Shown here: in pieces, positions 1 through 10,576 of the stretch | Numbering within the stretch: position 1 is the stretch's first letter | Layout: every line of letters starts with the position of its first letter | From: Bugula neritina | Lineage: Eukaryota; Animalia; Bryozoa | NCBI GenBank assembly: GCA_964035545.1 | Contig: OZ037765.1 | Location: 8,256,698 to 8,320,697 of the forward strand | DNA: 64,000 nt | Direction: 5' to 3' | Notes under the pieces: model-generated | Database searches by the model: none | What the model saw: only the letters and a program-made list of their open reading frames with translations | What the model was told of the DNA's origin: nothing | Program-made: the position numbers and the translations under genes

Positions 1-2253
1 AGACCATACCTATATGGCAGGAAGTTCCGGCTGCGTACGGATCATGCCTCGCTGATCTGGTTGTGCAGGAGAGCAGAGCCCTCTAGTCAGGTCGCCCGGT
101 GGCTCGAAATCCTAGCTGAATTCTCGTACCGGATCGAACACCGACCGGGCAAAAGACACAGCAATGCGGATGGGTTGAGTCGCCGACCTGACGGAGGTTG
201 CAAACAGTGTCTCAACATCGAAAGGAGGGATGGAGGTCCCCCACGATGCGAGTTGGAGACGCTGGCTCATCACGGAGCACCGTTTGATTGGGATCAAGGT
301 CAACTCAGGCAAAGAGTTGATGAGTCCCCGGAGGATGTACAAAACCTCCGCGCCAACCCTGTACTGGCCGGTAATGTTCGAGAGCTGAAGAAGCTCCAAG
401 AAGAGCTGCCTGGAGTCGTGGCAGACATATACCGGGCCAAAAGGGAAGGGCGACGACCCAGCGAGGAACGCATACGACAGGGATGCGCCGAGTTCCGGCT
501 ATACTGTCAGCGTTGGGACTCGCTGCGGATCGGGCAGGATGGGTTGCTAACCATCTCTCTAGCTGCCAGCGGCAGACATCCGGAAAGGAAGAGGGTAGTC
601 TGCCCCACAGCCATCCGCCGTGAGTTGATTTGGGATACTCACAAGCAGACCCACGCAGGGGTCAAGCGAGTGATGTCCAAATTACGACTTCGGTGGTATT
701 GGCCACAAATGGAGCGTGATGTCCGGCTCAGAGTCAAACAGTGTGAGATCTGCCAGGCCAGTAAGCATAGCCGCCCCCCTGGTGAAGCAGGACGGCGGAG
801 GCTATACGCTGGTAGGCCCTGGCAAGTAGTCGCTGTAGACCTGGTCGGACCCATGCCCCTGACCCCCAGAGGCAATAATTGGATCCTAGTACTAACCGAC
901 CACTTTACTAGGTGGGCGGATGCTCTGGCTATCCCAGACGCATCAGCCCCAACAGTGGCCAGGGCACTAGACCAACACGTATTCTGTTATTTTGGGCTCC
1001 CCGAACAGATACACTCTGATCAAGGCGCTCAATTCCAGTCTCAACTGATGAGCGACCTTTGCCGCCTCTGGGGAGTAAATCAGAGCAGGACCACCCCCTA
1101 CCACCCTCAAGGTAACGGGGTGGTGGAGCGCAACAACCGGATGCTAGGTGATGCACTCCGGAGTCTCCTCCTTGGACGAGGTCAAGAGGAATGGGATACG
1201 GTGTTGCCGCAAGTCATGCGTGCATACCGTAGCACCCCACACACCAGTACTGGTGAGACCCCAAACCTCTTGATGCTCGGGAGAGAGACTCGTGTCCCCG
1301 ACCATCTCACCTATCACGTTCCAGAGCAAGATAACTCAGTCCACGAGTATACCAGTGAACTAGTGGAACGGATGAAGGCCGCACACGAGATACTGCGCCA
1401 ACAGCAGTGGAAGGTGCGGCACGAAGATTCCGATGAACCACCCCTCTATCAAAAGGGAGATAAGGTGTGGATGGTCAATTACCGTAGGCGCCGCGGACAG
1501 GCTGATAAGCTGAAGCCTAAGTTCGTAGGCCCCTACGTGGTTGTCGAGGCTATGCCCAATCATACGTACAAGATTGAGCGCTCAGGAAAGGTATCTATCC
1601 AGAATGAGTCTCGCTTGAAACCGTATTGGGCTAGCCCCGGCGGAGTGGGAGAAGCCCCCCCGTTGTTAGAGCCCAGGAGGCAGACAACAACGCGCGGGCG
1701 ACGGCGGCATGGACCTGAATACGAAGTGGTCATACCGCGGGAAGAAAACTTGGTGAGAGAGGAGCGGCAGCTTCTACCAACAGAAGCGTGTCCGCCACCG
1801 CCAAGTCTAATTCCATCACTTCCAGAAACCGAGCCGGTTCCGGAAGTGCAAACCCCCACGGAGGGAGGGGCTCCATCCGGAGAACAAGAAGAGGTGACGG
1901 CTGACGGTGAAGTAGAGACGCCATTAGAGGCCCCTACTAACGAACCGGCAAGCGTGTCACCCCCCCTAGAAAGGGGACAGCGTACGAGGCAACCCCCCGC
2001 ATACTTGAAGGACTTCGTATGTGACTGCGTTAAAAGCGGCACGCATGAAAGTCTAGGGGAAAACCGTACGAGAAAAGAATCGAGCAAATGTGGGAGTTGT
2101 CAACACCACGGGAATATCAACTTTTACATTGGCGGAAATAGAAATAAAATTCATCCGCCGGGTGCACAAAGTCTTAATCACGCACCCCAACCACGTTGCT
2201 CGATCTTTTCATACGCTGATGCAGTCAGGAGTAGACGTGTTTCTAAGCAGTAG
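1..2253 (+). CDS. pol: Gypsy Pol C-terminal part: RNase H end, integrase (HHCC zinc-binding, DDE core, GPY/F), long Pro/Glu-rich tail
   Basis: Frame is open from base 1 (RPYLYGRKFRLRTDHASLIWL...ARWLEIL...HRPGKRHSNADGLSR). Motifs: H(KQT)H...C(EI)C; VAVDLVGP, HSDQGAQF, YHPQGNGVVERNNR; KLKPKFVGPYVV. No stops or frameshifts. Confidence 0.96.
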   Translation, partial: RPYLYGRKFRLRTDHASLIWLCRRAEPSSQVARWLEILAEFSYRIEHRPGKRHSNADGLSRRPDGGCKQCLNIERRDGGPPRCELETLAHHGAPFDWDQGQLRQRVDESPEDVQNLRANPVLAGNVRELKKLQEELPGVVADIYRAKREGRRPSEERIRQGCAEFRLYCQRWDSLRIGQDGLLTISLAASGRHPERKRVVCPTAIRRELIWDTHKQTHAGVKRVMSKLRLRWYWPQMERDVRLRVKQCEICQASKHSRPPGEAGRRRLYAGRPWQVVAVDLVGPMPLTPRGNNWILVLTDHFTRWADALAIPDASAPTVARALDQHVFCYFGLPEQIHSDQGAQFQSQLMSDLCRLWGVNQSRTTPYHPQGNGVVERNNRMLGDALRSLLLGRGQEEWDTVLPQVMRAYRSTPHTSTGETPNLLMLGRETRVPDHLTYHVPEQDNSVHEYTSELVERMKAAHEILRQQQWKVRHEDSDEPPLYQKGDKVWMVNYRRRRGQADKLKPKFVGPYVVVEAMPNHTYKIERSGKVSIQNESRLKPYWASPGGVGEAPPLLEPRRQTTTRGRRRHGPEYEVVIPREENLVREERQLLPTEACPPPPSLIPSLPETEPVPEVQTPTEGGAPSGEQEEVTADGEVETPLEAPTNEPASVSPPLERGQRTRQPPAYLKDFVCDCVKSGTHESLGENRTRKESSKCGSCQHHGNINFYIGGNRNKIHPPGAQSLNHAPQPRCSIFSYADAVRSRRVSKQ

Positions 2254-2277
2254 TTCAAACCATTTCACACATTCAGT

Positions 2278-3349
2278 ATGTCTTACGACAACAGATCGTG
2301 GGGTGAGTTAACTATATCTTAATACGAAACTAGATTGCATCGCTCAGCTCTGGCTCACCGAGTCAATCGAGCTGGAGATAGGTTAGTGAAATACCGTAGT
2401 AAGAACTCAGTTTGACTTAGAGATTTTTATAATCTCATTGCAATACGTGTTCTATCTGACTATTCACTACCATAAATCTCTACGAGGTAACTGAAGTAGG
2501 AGTTGCCAAGCTGTTCAAGCTGACAACACAGCAGTGTACTGTATTAACACTGTTGAAACTTTTTCAGATTACACTCGACCCGCTACAACCAGGGTACGGG
2601 ATAGAACACTTCCCGCTCCGTATCCGGAGAAGTATGCTAGTGGTGACCGGCCTGAGCCACTACGCCGCCGTTGGCGGTGGGTGTCTCCACAAACAGAGGA
2701 AGAAATAGAAACGGCCTGGGGGTCCAGAGGACGGACGAGATGCCAGATCTGTGGTGAAGATTGCGCCTCTCACCGCTCCCTTAAACTACACGTCAATGCT
2801 CATCTCCTCCTAACATTCTGCCCCTGCGGGTACAATGATGTGTATCCCTACCCCGTCACCAGACACCGAGCGGCGGGCTGTTTCCCTGGAGAAAACTACG
2901 TGGTCGACGTTAAGCTATACCCGGAGTTTCTCACACTTATACGACCTCTGGTGAAGAAGGCCATGCTGTTAGCCGTTCTGTCCTCGGGGTTCCAACGTGT
3001 GTTAGACAACGCCCGCCAACAATCCCCGTTGGTGTCTGACCGTCCGCAAATTACATACACCCCCGAGGAAATTACATATCCAGAAGAAGGAGAGATCTCC
3101 CCTACCCCGACGAAGAGACGAACCAGGTCCCCCAGTCCACCCCTGCGCCGCAGACGGACACCGTCCCCCGACCCAGTCCGCCTGGCCACAGTAGAAGAAC
3201 GCCTCCTGCGATTACAAGAAAAGTTCACCCAGCTGGCACCAGATCTACTTAACACTACAACAGGACTCTTCCAGCTAAAGGGATCCGTATGCCGCATGAA
3301 ACGGAAACTGCGTACATGCCAAGCCAAGCACCGGCGTGCCCAACAATGA
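2278..3349 (+). CDS. Retrotransposon accessory ORF, predicted spliced (2278-2302 + 2568-3349), ~268 aa zinc-finger / Arg-Ser-Pro / coiled-coil protein
   Basis: ATG 2278 (MSYDNRSW+G) followed by donor GTGAGT at 2303; acceptor CTTTTTCAG ending 2567; G+AT restores the frame of ORF 2534..3349, which has no usable N-terminal ATG. Contains C-x2-C-x12-H-x3-H followed by C-x-C-x12-H-x4-C. Confidence 0.72.
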
Positions 3350-3646
3350 CTCTGGTTCTGCTGCCGGAATAATCTGCAATTTCATCCTCTTGGGGGAACC
3401 CAGGACTTCGTGTAAATGCTTAACTGCTGGACAGGTTATTCCTTGCCTAATACCACAGCTAGCTAGTATTCCTCGTCTATCGGCAGCTGGCCAATTGTAT
3501 GCAACGGATCGTTACGATGACTCTGTATTATTATTATGTCTCTTCCTGTATATTATGTGTTATTTTTGTCCACTGATGTATGTAGTTATTAATGAATGTT
3601 TTTTTTTATATATATCAGAAAGATGGCTTTCTGCTGGTGGGGGCGG

Positions 3647-3952
3647 TGTGGTGGTTCGTGGAACTACCAGCAGCACAACATGTAGGGTCGCGTAATTGAC
3701 CCGGAACAATGGATAGCCAATTAGCGTAGTTGATAGTTAGCAGCAATTGTAGTTTCCCGCTGCTAACTCAGTCGAAGCTAGAGTGTGAAATAGATTAGAT
3801 GTATAACTTGTTGGAAATAATGTATCGTGTTTTTATAATGTATAGTTGTGTATAAAATATACTCGTTCACTCGACTTATCCTGGTGCAGTTCTATAGTAG
3901 ATAAATAGACTCTCTGGATAGCACATCAACCCTAAATCTGAAAATCTTAACA
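3647..3952 (+). repeat. Probable 3' LTR (~306 bp)
   Basis: Starts TGTGG immediately after the PPT, ends ...TAACA, and has TATAAAA at 3851. The 5' LTR is not in the window, so the edges are unconfirmed. Confidence 0.65.
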
Positions 3953-4663
3953 CTACTACTAGTACTACTCTAAGTACAAGGTCAAGTGGAAGTTTAATTT
4001 TGTTTTAATGCGATTCGAATGCTATTGCTACCTACTTGTACTAGAAGTAGAAGTAAAACAATCACTTGTACTTTTTTATTAATTTTTACTATAGCTAAGA
4101 CTAAGACTAAGATACTAAGATTAAGATAACCATCAGTATTACATTTACTGTATTTTACTACGTTTCCATTATGCGAATGGATTTTTTTCATTCGGCTAAT
4201 GGAAATAGTTACATCGAATGCAAACCACAAACCACAATTAATCTGTACAGGCATTTATTCGCATAATGCTCAGTCATGGAAACGCAGTGATTGTTTTAGT
4301 GTGTGTTACTATTCTCAAGGCTATAAATAAGTGTTAATGTTAGTTAGTAAGTTAGTGTTAGTAAATACTCAGTTTTATATTTAGTATTTACTAATACTAA
4401 TTTATTTGCTATAAAACTAATTTTGGTATTAATATAAGTAAAACCAACAGTAATATTAATAGTAACTATACTAATAGTAATACCTAATATTATAATTACA
4501 GTACTAATAATAGTTATACTAATACTGTCTCTAACAGTAATACTTATTGTAAATTCACTAATTTTTTATAGTAATAATAACACTAACATTAATAAGTAAT
4601 GACCATACTAATACTTTTATTGATATTCACACTCAAGGTATTGGTAAGACTAAATATTTCAAT

Positions 4664-7600
4664 ATGGTTAAGCTAACAGAGGACCTTGTTCTTGCTAGAT
4701 GTAGATCAAAAGAGCTAGAAAGTGTCAGAAAAATAAACTACTGGTAAGTTATAAGACTAATACAAATATTAATAAATGTAGAGTTTATTTCTAGTCTAGT
4801 TTTGATGCAATGGCAATCATTAGGTTTAGTGACAATGTGGAAGAAGAGCTTAATTAATAAAATAAAACTGTTGTAATCAACTTAAAGTTAATATTGATAA
4901 ATACGTTTATTACCAATTACCATTAGGTAATAGTATTCCTTATGGTCATAGAACTAAATACTTGAATATTTAACTTATTTTTTGTTGTGTTGAGTGATTT
5001 ACCTAAATCTGGAGTATGAAAAATTTTAAAGTAACTGGTAAATATTCACAGGAAACTAGTAGTGGTACCAGTACTGCAAGTACAGACTAGTTCTGGTCTA
5101 GTACTACTACTGCTACTACTACTACTAGCAGTAGTATTAAACAAGAACTACTTTCACCTTGTGCTTGTAGTACTAGTACCACCACTAATTATTCTAACTA
5201 TGCACATACATTTCAAATTTTAATGTGTCGGTAAAGTTCTACTGGTTTACACTTTGTTTTATATTGTATCTTTTTTATTGCTAAGAATAATATTACTAAA
5301 AAGTATTGTTAAGATTAGTTTGCAACAAACTCTTAAATATTTTAGCTAAGGAACTTGATTACTAACTAAGTTTTTGTGTGATTTTCTCTACTTACCAAGA
5401 ATATCAAAATATTATATAGGTCTCTCAATCAAACATATGTTGTATCCTGTAAAACAATCAAAGTTACCTGTTTACTGTACTCTTCCATTGATGACAGGGG
5501 AAATGAATTAGATGACATCAGCATTATGCGAAAGCTGGTCAATGTAGAAGTTGTCAGTCTCAGGTACTTAATATATATGATGTGATAAGATGTTATTTTA
5601 TTATCTAGTCTAGAGATAAAGTTTAGCTCAAACATTTTGTATAATTTTACCATTTTTGCCTGTTTAGGTTTTTTTTACGTTTTTATGTCAGTTGAGGAAC
5701 AATTATTTGCATTTGCTGCAACTCTTTGCCACTTTTTAAAGTTGAGCATCTATTCTAAATTTAAAATTCTTAAAAATAACCTTATTTGCATGAAACTGAC
5801 AATACTATCTTTATTATAATAGTTGAAAACAATTTTTGCTTGCAAACTTCCCCACAAAATACATGTCACAATCAGGTTGCCCTGTTGATGAATTAATTGA
5901 AACATACATGAACAAAATGTACTAAAAATTAATCTGGTCAAGTATACAACTCTAATGCAGCATTTTGTAGCCAAAATATCTGTGCAGATTTAAACATTAC
6001 ATAAGATACTAAAATTAGGAGCTAATGTAGTCTTACACTAAAATTTTACAGATTTTATACCCCAACCTTGCCTATAGTATATATTATAGTTACTTTTCTA
6101 GTGAGTTAATTATTTTTCATATTAGACCCTGTGTGATAAATAAGGAATTCATTTTATTTTTAGTGTCAATGATATCACTTCGCTAGAAGACTTTCAAAAC
6201 TGTAGAAATTTGCAAGAGCTGTACATCAGAAAAAATAAAATCAGCAATTTAAATGAAATATACTACTTGAAAAAGCTTCCAAAACTTCGAACCTTGTGGC
6301 TTGCCGATAATCCATGTGCAACTGGTACTCTGTATAGAATGACAGTTTTGAAGAATTTACCTAATTTGACTAAACTAGATAATGCAGGTAAGTGAACTTT
6401 CCCAAAAGCTAAATCTGTGCAGCTTTTATTTTGTACTTCTAGGTACCTAAAACCTTATGTCAAATTGTTTGGTACAGTCTCAGTGTAAATAAAACTTTCT
6501 ATTAAAATCCACTGTGCAAGTTTGACATTGTCAAATCCATTTGTAGCAGTAAGCAGTGCCATACATATTCAGCTTGTATACTGGCGGGTTAGAATTGTGC
6601 TGGTATTACAAAGCTGCTGGAGTAAACGATGCAGTAATAAATAAGATTTTCAAATATGCCTGTTGAATCTGGAAGCAACTGGTCAACTTTATTAGGCGTT
6701 ACATACTAGTATTGTTATTATATTGTTAGCCATTTGCCAATCATTTTTTATTTTAACATCAATTAATTTGCTAACAATTTGCAATTTTATTAATTGATAT
6801 TATTGTTACTTTCACCGTTTTGACATCTAAGCCCATGACAGTTGAACTGTTTAGGTATTGTAGAAGGCAGGCTCTAGATGTCTTTCATTAATTTTTTGCT
6901 TCCTAAATTTATAATTTCAAAAGTTGAACTTGTTGAATAATTAATTTCACTCCATTTACTAGTTTTGAGTAATTGTTTTCTTGTTGCCTGCGTGCTAATT
7001 TGATAGAAACTTAGTTTTTTTTGGGAAATATTATTTTTACTAAATATTGTGGTTTCAACAAATATATGCTCTATATAAAGTAATCTGCTTCATTTCAGTT
7101 GTTGAAACAGATGAGCTTAATGTTGCCATTGATCAAGGAGCAGATTTGGTAATTCCGGAGGGTGCCGAAAAGTTTTCGGAAGTTCAAAGTGAAGACTCGG
7201 CCGAAAATATTGGGAAAGTTACAACTCTTGGCGACAGCAAGTTAGTTCATTATGTAATATATTATATATAATATATTATGTAATATATTATATATAATAT
7301 ATTATGCCATAGTTAATCTCCAGAACTCTACACTTTTTTTAATCTATAATCACAAAGATATATTATTATATCTCTATATAGTATATGTGTTACACAAGAA
7401 CACCATAATTGTTTACATTATGTTTGATGTATTTACTCTCTAATTAAGTACAATATACTTTGAGACTTTTATGTGATTTAGTGAACTTAGTGCAAAGCTT
7501 GAGTGTCAACCATTACCAGAAGAAAAAGTGGCCGAGCCATCAAAATCCGGTGGTCCAACAAAATTCAGGGTAAGAATGTAGACGATTCATAGCAAGTTCC

Positions 7601-7816
7601 TTTACAAATATAGTTTGAATAAGTTAAACTCTACTAGTATCCAAATGAACGCTGATATCTATTACAAGCTTTCCATATTGCTCCTCAATAATTAATCTAG
7701 TTGAATTTTAGGATGAAAATATTCTACATGCAGTGCTAACTCTGGTGAAGGAGCTCAATGCAGAAAGTTTAGAATCTGTAGTGAAAGCTTGCCAAGATCA
7801 ATTGCAAACATTGTAG
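4664..7816 (+). CDS. CFAP410: Cilia- and flagella-associated protein 410 (C21orf2/LRRC76), 6 coding exons: 4664-4743, 5498-5563, 6164-6387, 7099-7240, 7482-7569, 7712-7816
   Basis: [56 protein letters not shown]...[11 protein letters not shown]...[17 protein letters not shown] and C-terminal [21 protein letters not shown] match the recalled C21orf2 LRR and C-terminal motif. All junctions are GT-AG and in phase. Confidence 0.93.
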
Positions 7817-8189
7817 AAGGTCTGATGTTTATTTTTTAAAATCTCTTTTGCTTACTGAACAATTAAGCTTGAATACTCTTTTGTATTATCTATGTACAAA
7901 GATATTTGTAAACTGTGGCACTAAACTAATTAATTATCCGTCCTTAGCTTTTTTTGAGACTTGAAATGATATATTTTCAACTTCATACATGTGACATACT
8001 ACTATGCTTTTCATATATTTTCACAGGAAGCAATTTTATTATTTCTACAATAAAATGCGTAATAAAAATAAAACAAATGCATGGTTTTGAAAATTGAAAA
8101 CAAAAGTAAAAACATAGGAATCAGTATATAAACCTTTAAAAATGAATTGAGATTTCTAATATTATAAGTAATATGAACGTTGAAGCCAG

Positions 8190-10576
8190 TCATATAATGT
8201 TTTGGGCTGGTATAGTGTACTGCAGAGATAGCTGGTCATTGATAACAAACATTTGGATGGCTTCATTTGCTATTATGTCTAAAAGATAGAGAATATATTA
8301 GCAGAATATAGTGTTGAATATGGATGAACTTAGCATGCAGAGCTGAATGCATTTTACCAGTGAACTTCATTATCGTCAAATTAATACTTTCAGCAAATCG
8401 TTTTTCACATGCTAGCATATTTTCACACTCTGGACTAGTATTTAAGACGAGATATTTCTACAGCAGTAATTAAGTGACATCAATAAACAGATAAACCTTT
8501 AGCTTTCATTATGAAAGAAGAATTTTAGATAAATATGTGGTTTTTCCTAAATAATATCATTATTGTTGTCACATTAGCATTATTATTTCAATTACAACTA
8601 TGCTAACACAACACAGTTATAAATGTTTATTTGCTTAAACATTTTTGTGACAATCTTTAAATAAAAATGTATGAATTAAAATGATAAACAATAAATGTAG
8701 ATCTAAAAATTGATGAAGCTGCTATGAAATTTCAAGCATTATTGAGAAGACAACTCCCTTGTTTATCCAAACTGATCAATAATGATGAAATGGTAACTTA
8801 CTGCAAACTACTTTGTCGACAGGGATTTGAATCGATGAGAGAAAAGCATGCAATCTTTTATTATCTATTGTTACTTCAAAAAACTTGGACGCATTCCTAT
8901 TTGAAGAAGGCTGAATCATCGTGCCTTGAGACTGTGAAGAGCTAGTTTCTTCTATAACAAATAAAACCATATTACATAATATTATTTACTTTGTTTTTAA
9001 GTTTTTACCAATCTTTAATTCTTATAAACAAACATAAGCTGAGAACATTTTAAAAATGAACTCACTCCAGTTTGCTTGCATGAGATCCTTAAATGAAACA
9101 CTCACAGCAGCCATCTCTGATTTAATTTTCAAGACCAGATCTCCTTTTTGGTTAGCACTAAGACACTTGAAATACAATGATACAAAACTATGAACAAATT
9201 ATACCAGTTGAAACGGGTATTCATTATACGGCAGCAGGAAAATCGTAAAAAAAACAAAGCAAAACTATATATGTGAATTTGATCAACCATTGGCCATACA
9301 ATGACTGCCCTTCCTTTCTCGAAGTTTTAGAGATCCGAGTAGATGTTTTGATGACTTATTGCAGAATATATGAGCTTTAGCATAATACAGTAAATTACCA
9401 AGTAGATATTTTTAACTAAAGTACAGAAAAAATGTTTTCTGCTTACCAGTGCATTGCTAATATTTTTCAGTCGCTCAATCACAGTCTTCATAATTTTAAG
9501 AGGTGGCAAATATAAGCTGACTTCAAATTCAGGAATATCTGGTTCCTTATATTCATCCCAAAGTCTGCTAGGAATTATTTTTATTGGAATGTCATGTATT
9601 ACTGTTCTACTACTGCTGTTGATACTGAGTGTAGGCTGCAATTGAACACAGAGAATGCAAAATAGTTTTATGAAACTAACAAAAACTGTTGGAGCAAATT
9701 AATCTGAATGTATCATTGTAACAGTCATCCCACCGGTAGTAACCCTACACGAAATTACCAATTATAACACACTTTGGCAAATTGTACTCTTGCTAAAAGT
9801 TTTTACCACAAGCTTCCAATTTTCATTTAGCCCTGAAAGCAGCAGTTCTAACCTGAACCACCTCTAAAGTTAGGCAGGCAGTAGCCTTCTGTGTCAACTT
9901 TATTCTAAGTGTTTGAGCTTGATGAGCAGACTTGAGAGCATGACCAAACAAGTCCATAGCCACTTCCATGTAAGTCTCATTTCGATCAGTGTGCCCGGAG
10001 AACTCATAGCCTGAGCAAAAGTTTATCTGCAAAAATACTGTAGAGCAGAAGTATGCAACCAGAAATACTCAATTAAACGTTTTTTTTAGATGGGTAGTCA
10101 ATTTACACTATAATGCCTTGCACATTATGACACAATGCTTGTAAACTGATAAGAAAACTAATTTTAGTCCTTTGTAAACATTATCGTAAGCAGAGCGCAA
10201 AACACACAAGCTTTGATACGCATGTATGAAAGCAGAGAAGTTTTTGGAGGATCTTACCTGAGGTAACTCACACCAGAGATTTGTCCCCCCATGCAACTGA
10301 TTTTGTGTGAGTATGAAATAAATTTTTGTAGCTGTGAGTCGGATTACACACGACTTAGAGAGTTTGGCAACACCCAGTACAACTTCTACAAACAGTTAGA
10401 GTTACTTACTACAAAATATACTTGTAAGTTATGTAATAGTTAAAAGCTACGTACAAAATTTCATAATATTTAATTCAAGTTTATAATTTAAAAAAATAAA
10501 TTATCATCTATGCTTTCCACTTACTTGACAGAAATGATATAGAGTTAATGTCAACCAGAGTTGCTTTAAAACGCAT
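8190..10576 (-). CDS. HUS1: Checkpoint protein HUS1 (9-1-1 clamp), 7 coding exons: 10525-10576, 10258-10385, 9853-10026, 9447-9635, 9066-9165, 8802-8951, 8190-8278
   Basis: MRFKATLVD...VAKLSKSCVIRLT...GGTNLWCELPQ...ALKSAHQAQTLRIKLT...SRTVIHDIPIKIIPSRLW...VSLYLPPLKIMKTVIERLKNISN...SLQYTIPA; colinear with recalled HUS1; splice phases consistent. Confidence 0.95.

Larger units (their letters stand above)
1..3952 (+). mobile_element. Ty3/Gypsy LTR retrotransposon, 3' part (5' end lies outside the window)
   Basis: GC-rich block against AT-rich host DNA; pol in RNase H-then-integrase order; extra ORF; G-rich PPT (GGTGGGGGCGG, 3636-3646) directly before TG; abrupt return to host-type sequence after ...CTTAACA at 3952. 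Confidence 0.93.

Noticed and set aside
2534-2567. GTG start of the 271-aa ORF as given in the track
   Set aside because: The first 11 codons coincide with a branch point, pyrimidine tract and acceptor. A spliced ATG at 2278 explains the frame better.
1560-3327. Antisense ORFs 1560..2087 and 2896..3327 (and smaller ones over pol)
   Set aside because: Shadows of GC-rich sense ORFs with no recognisable motifs.
2534-3349. env gene
   Set aside because: No signal peptide, fusion peptide or transmembrane anchor; the composition looks like a nuclear protein.
4270-4283. RFX X-box upstream of CFAP410
   Set aside because: Only the right half-site (CATGGAAAC) matches, which is too weak to call.
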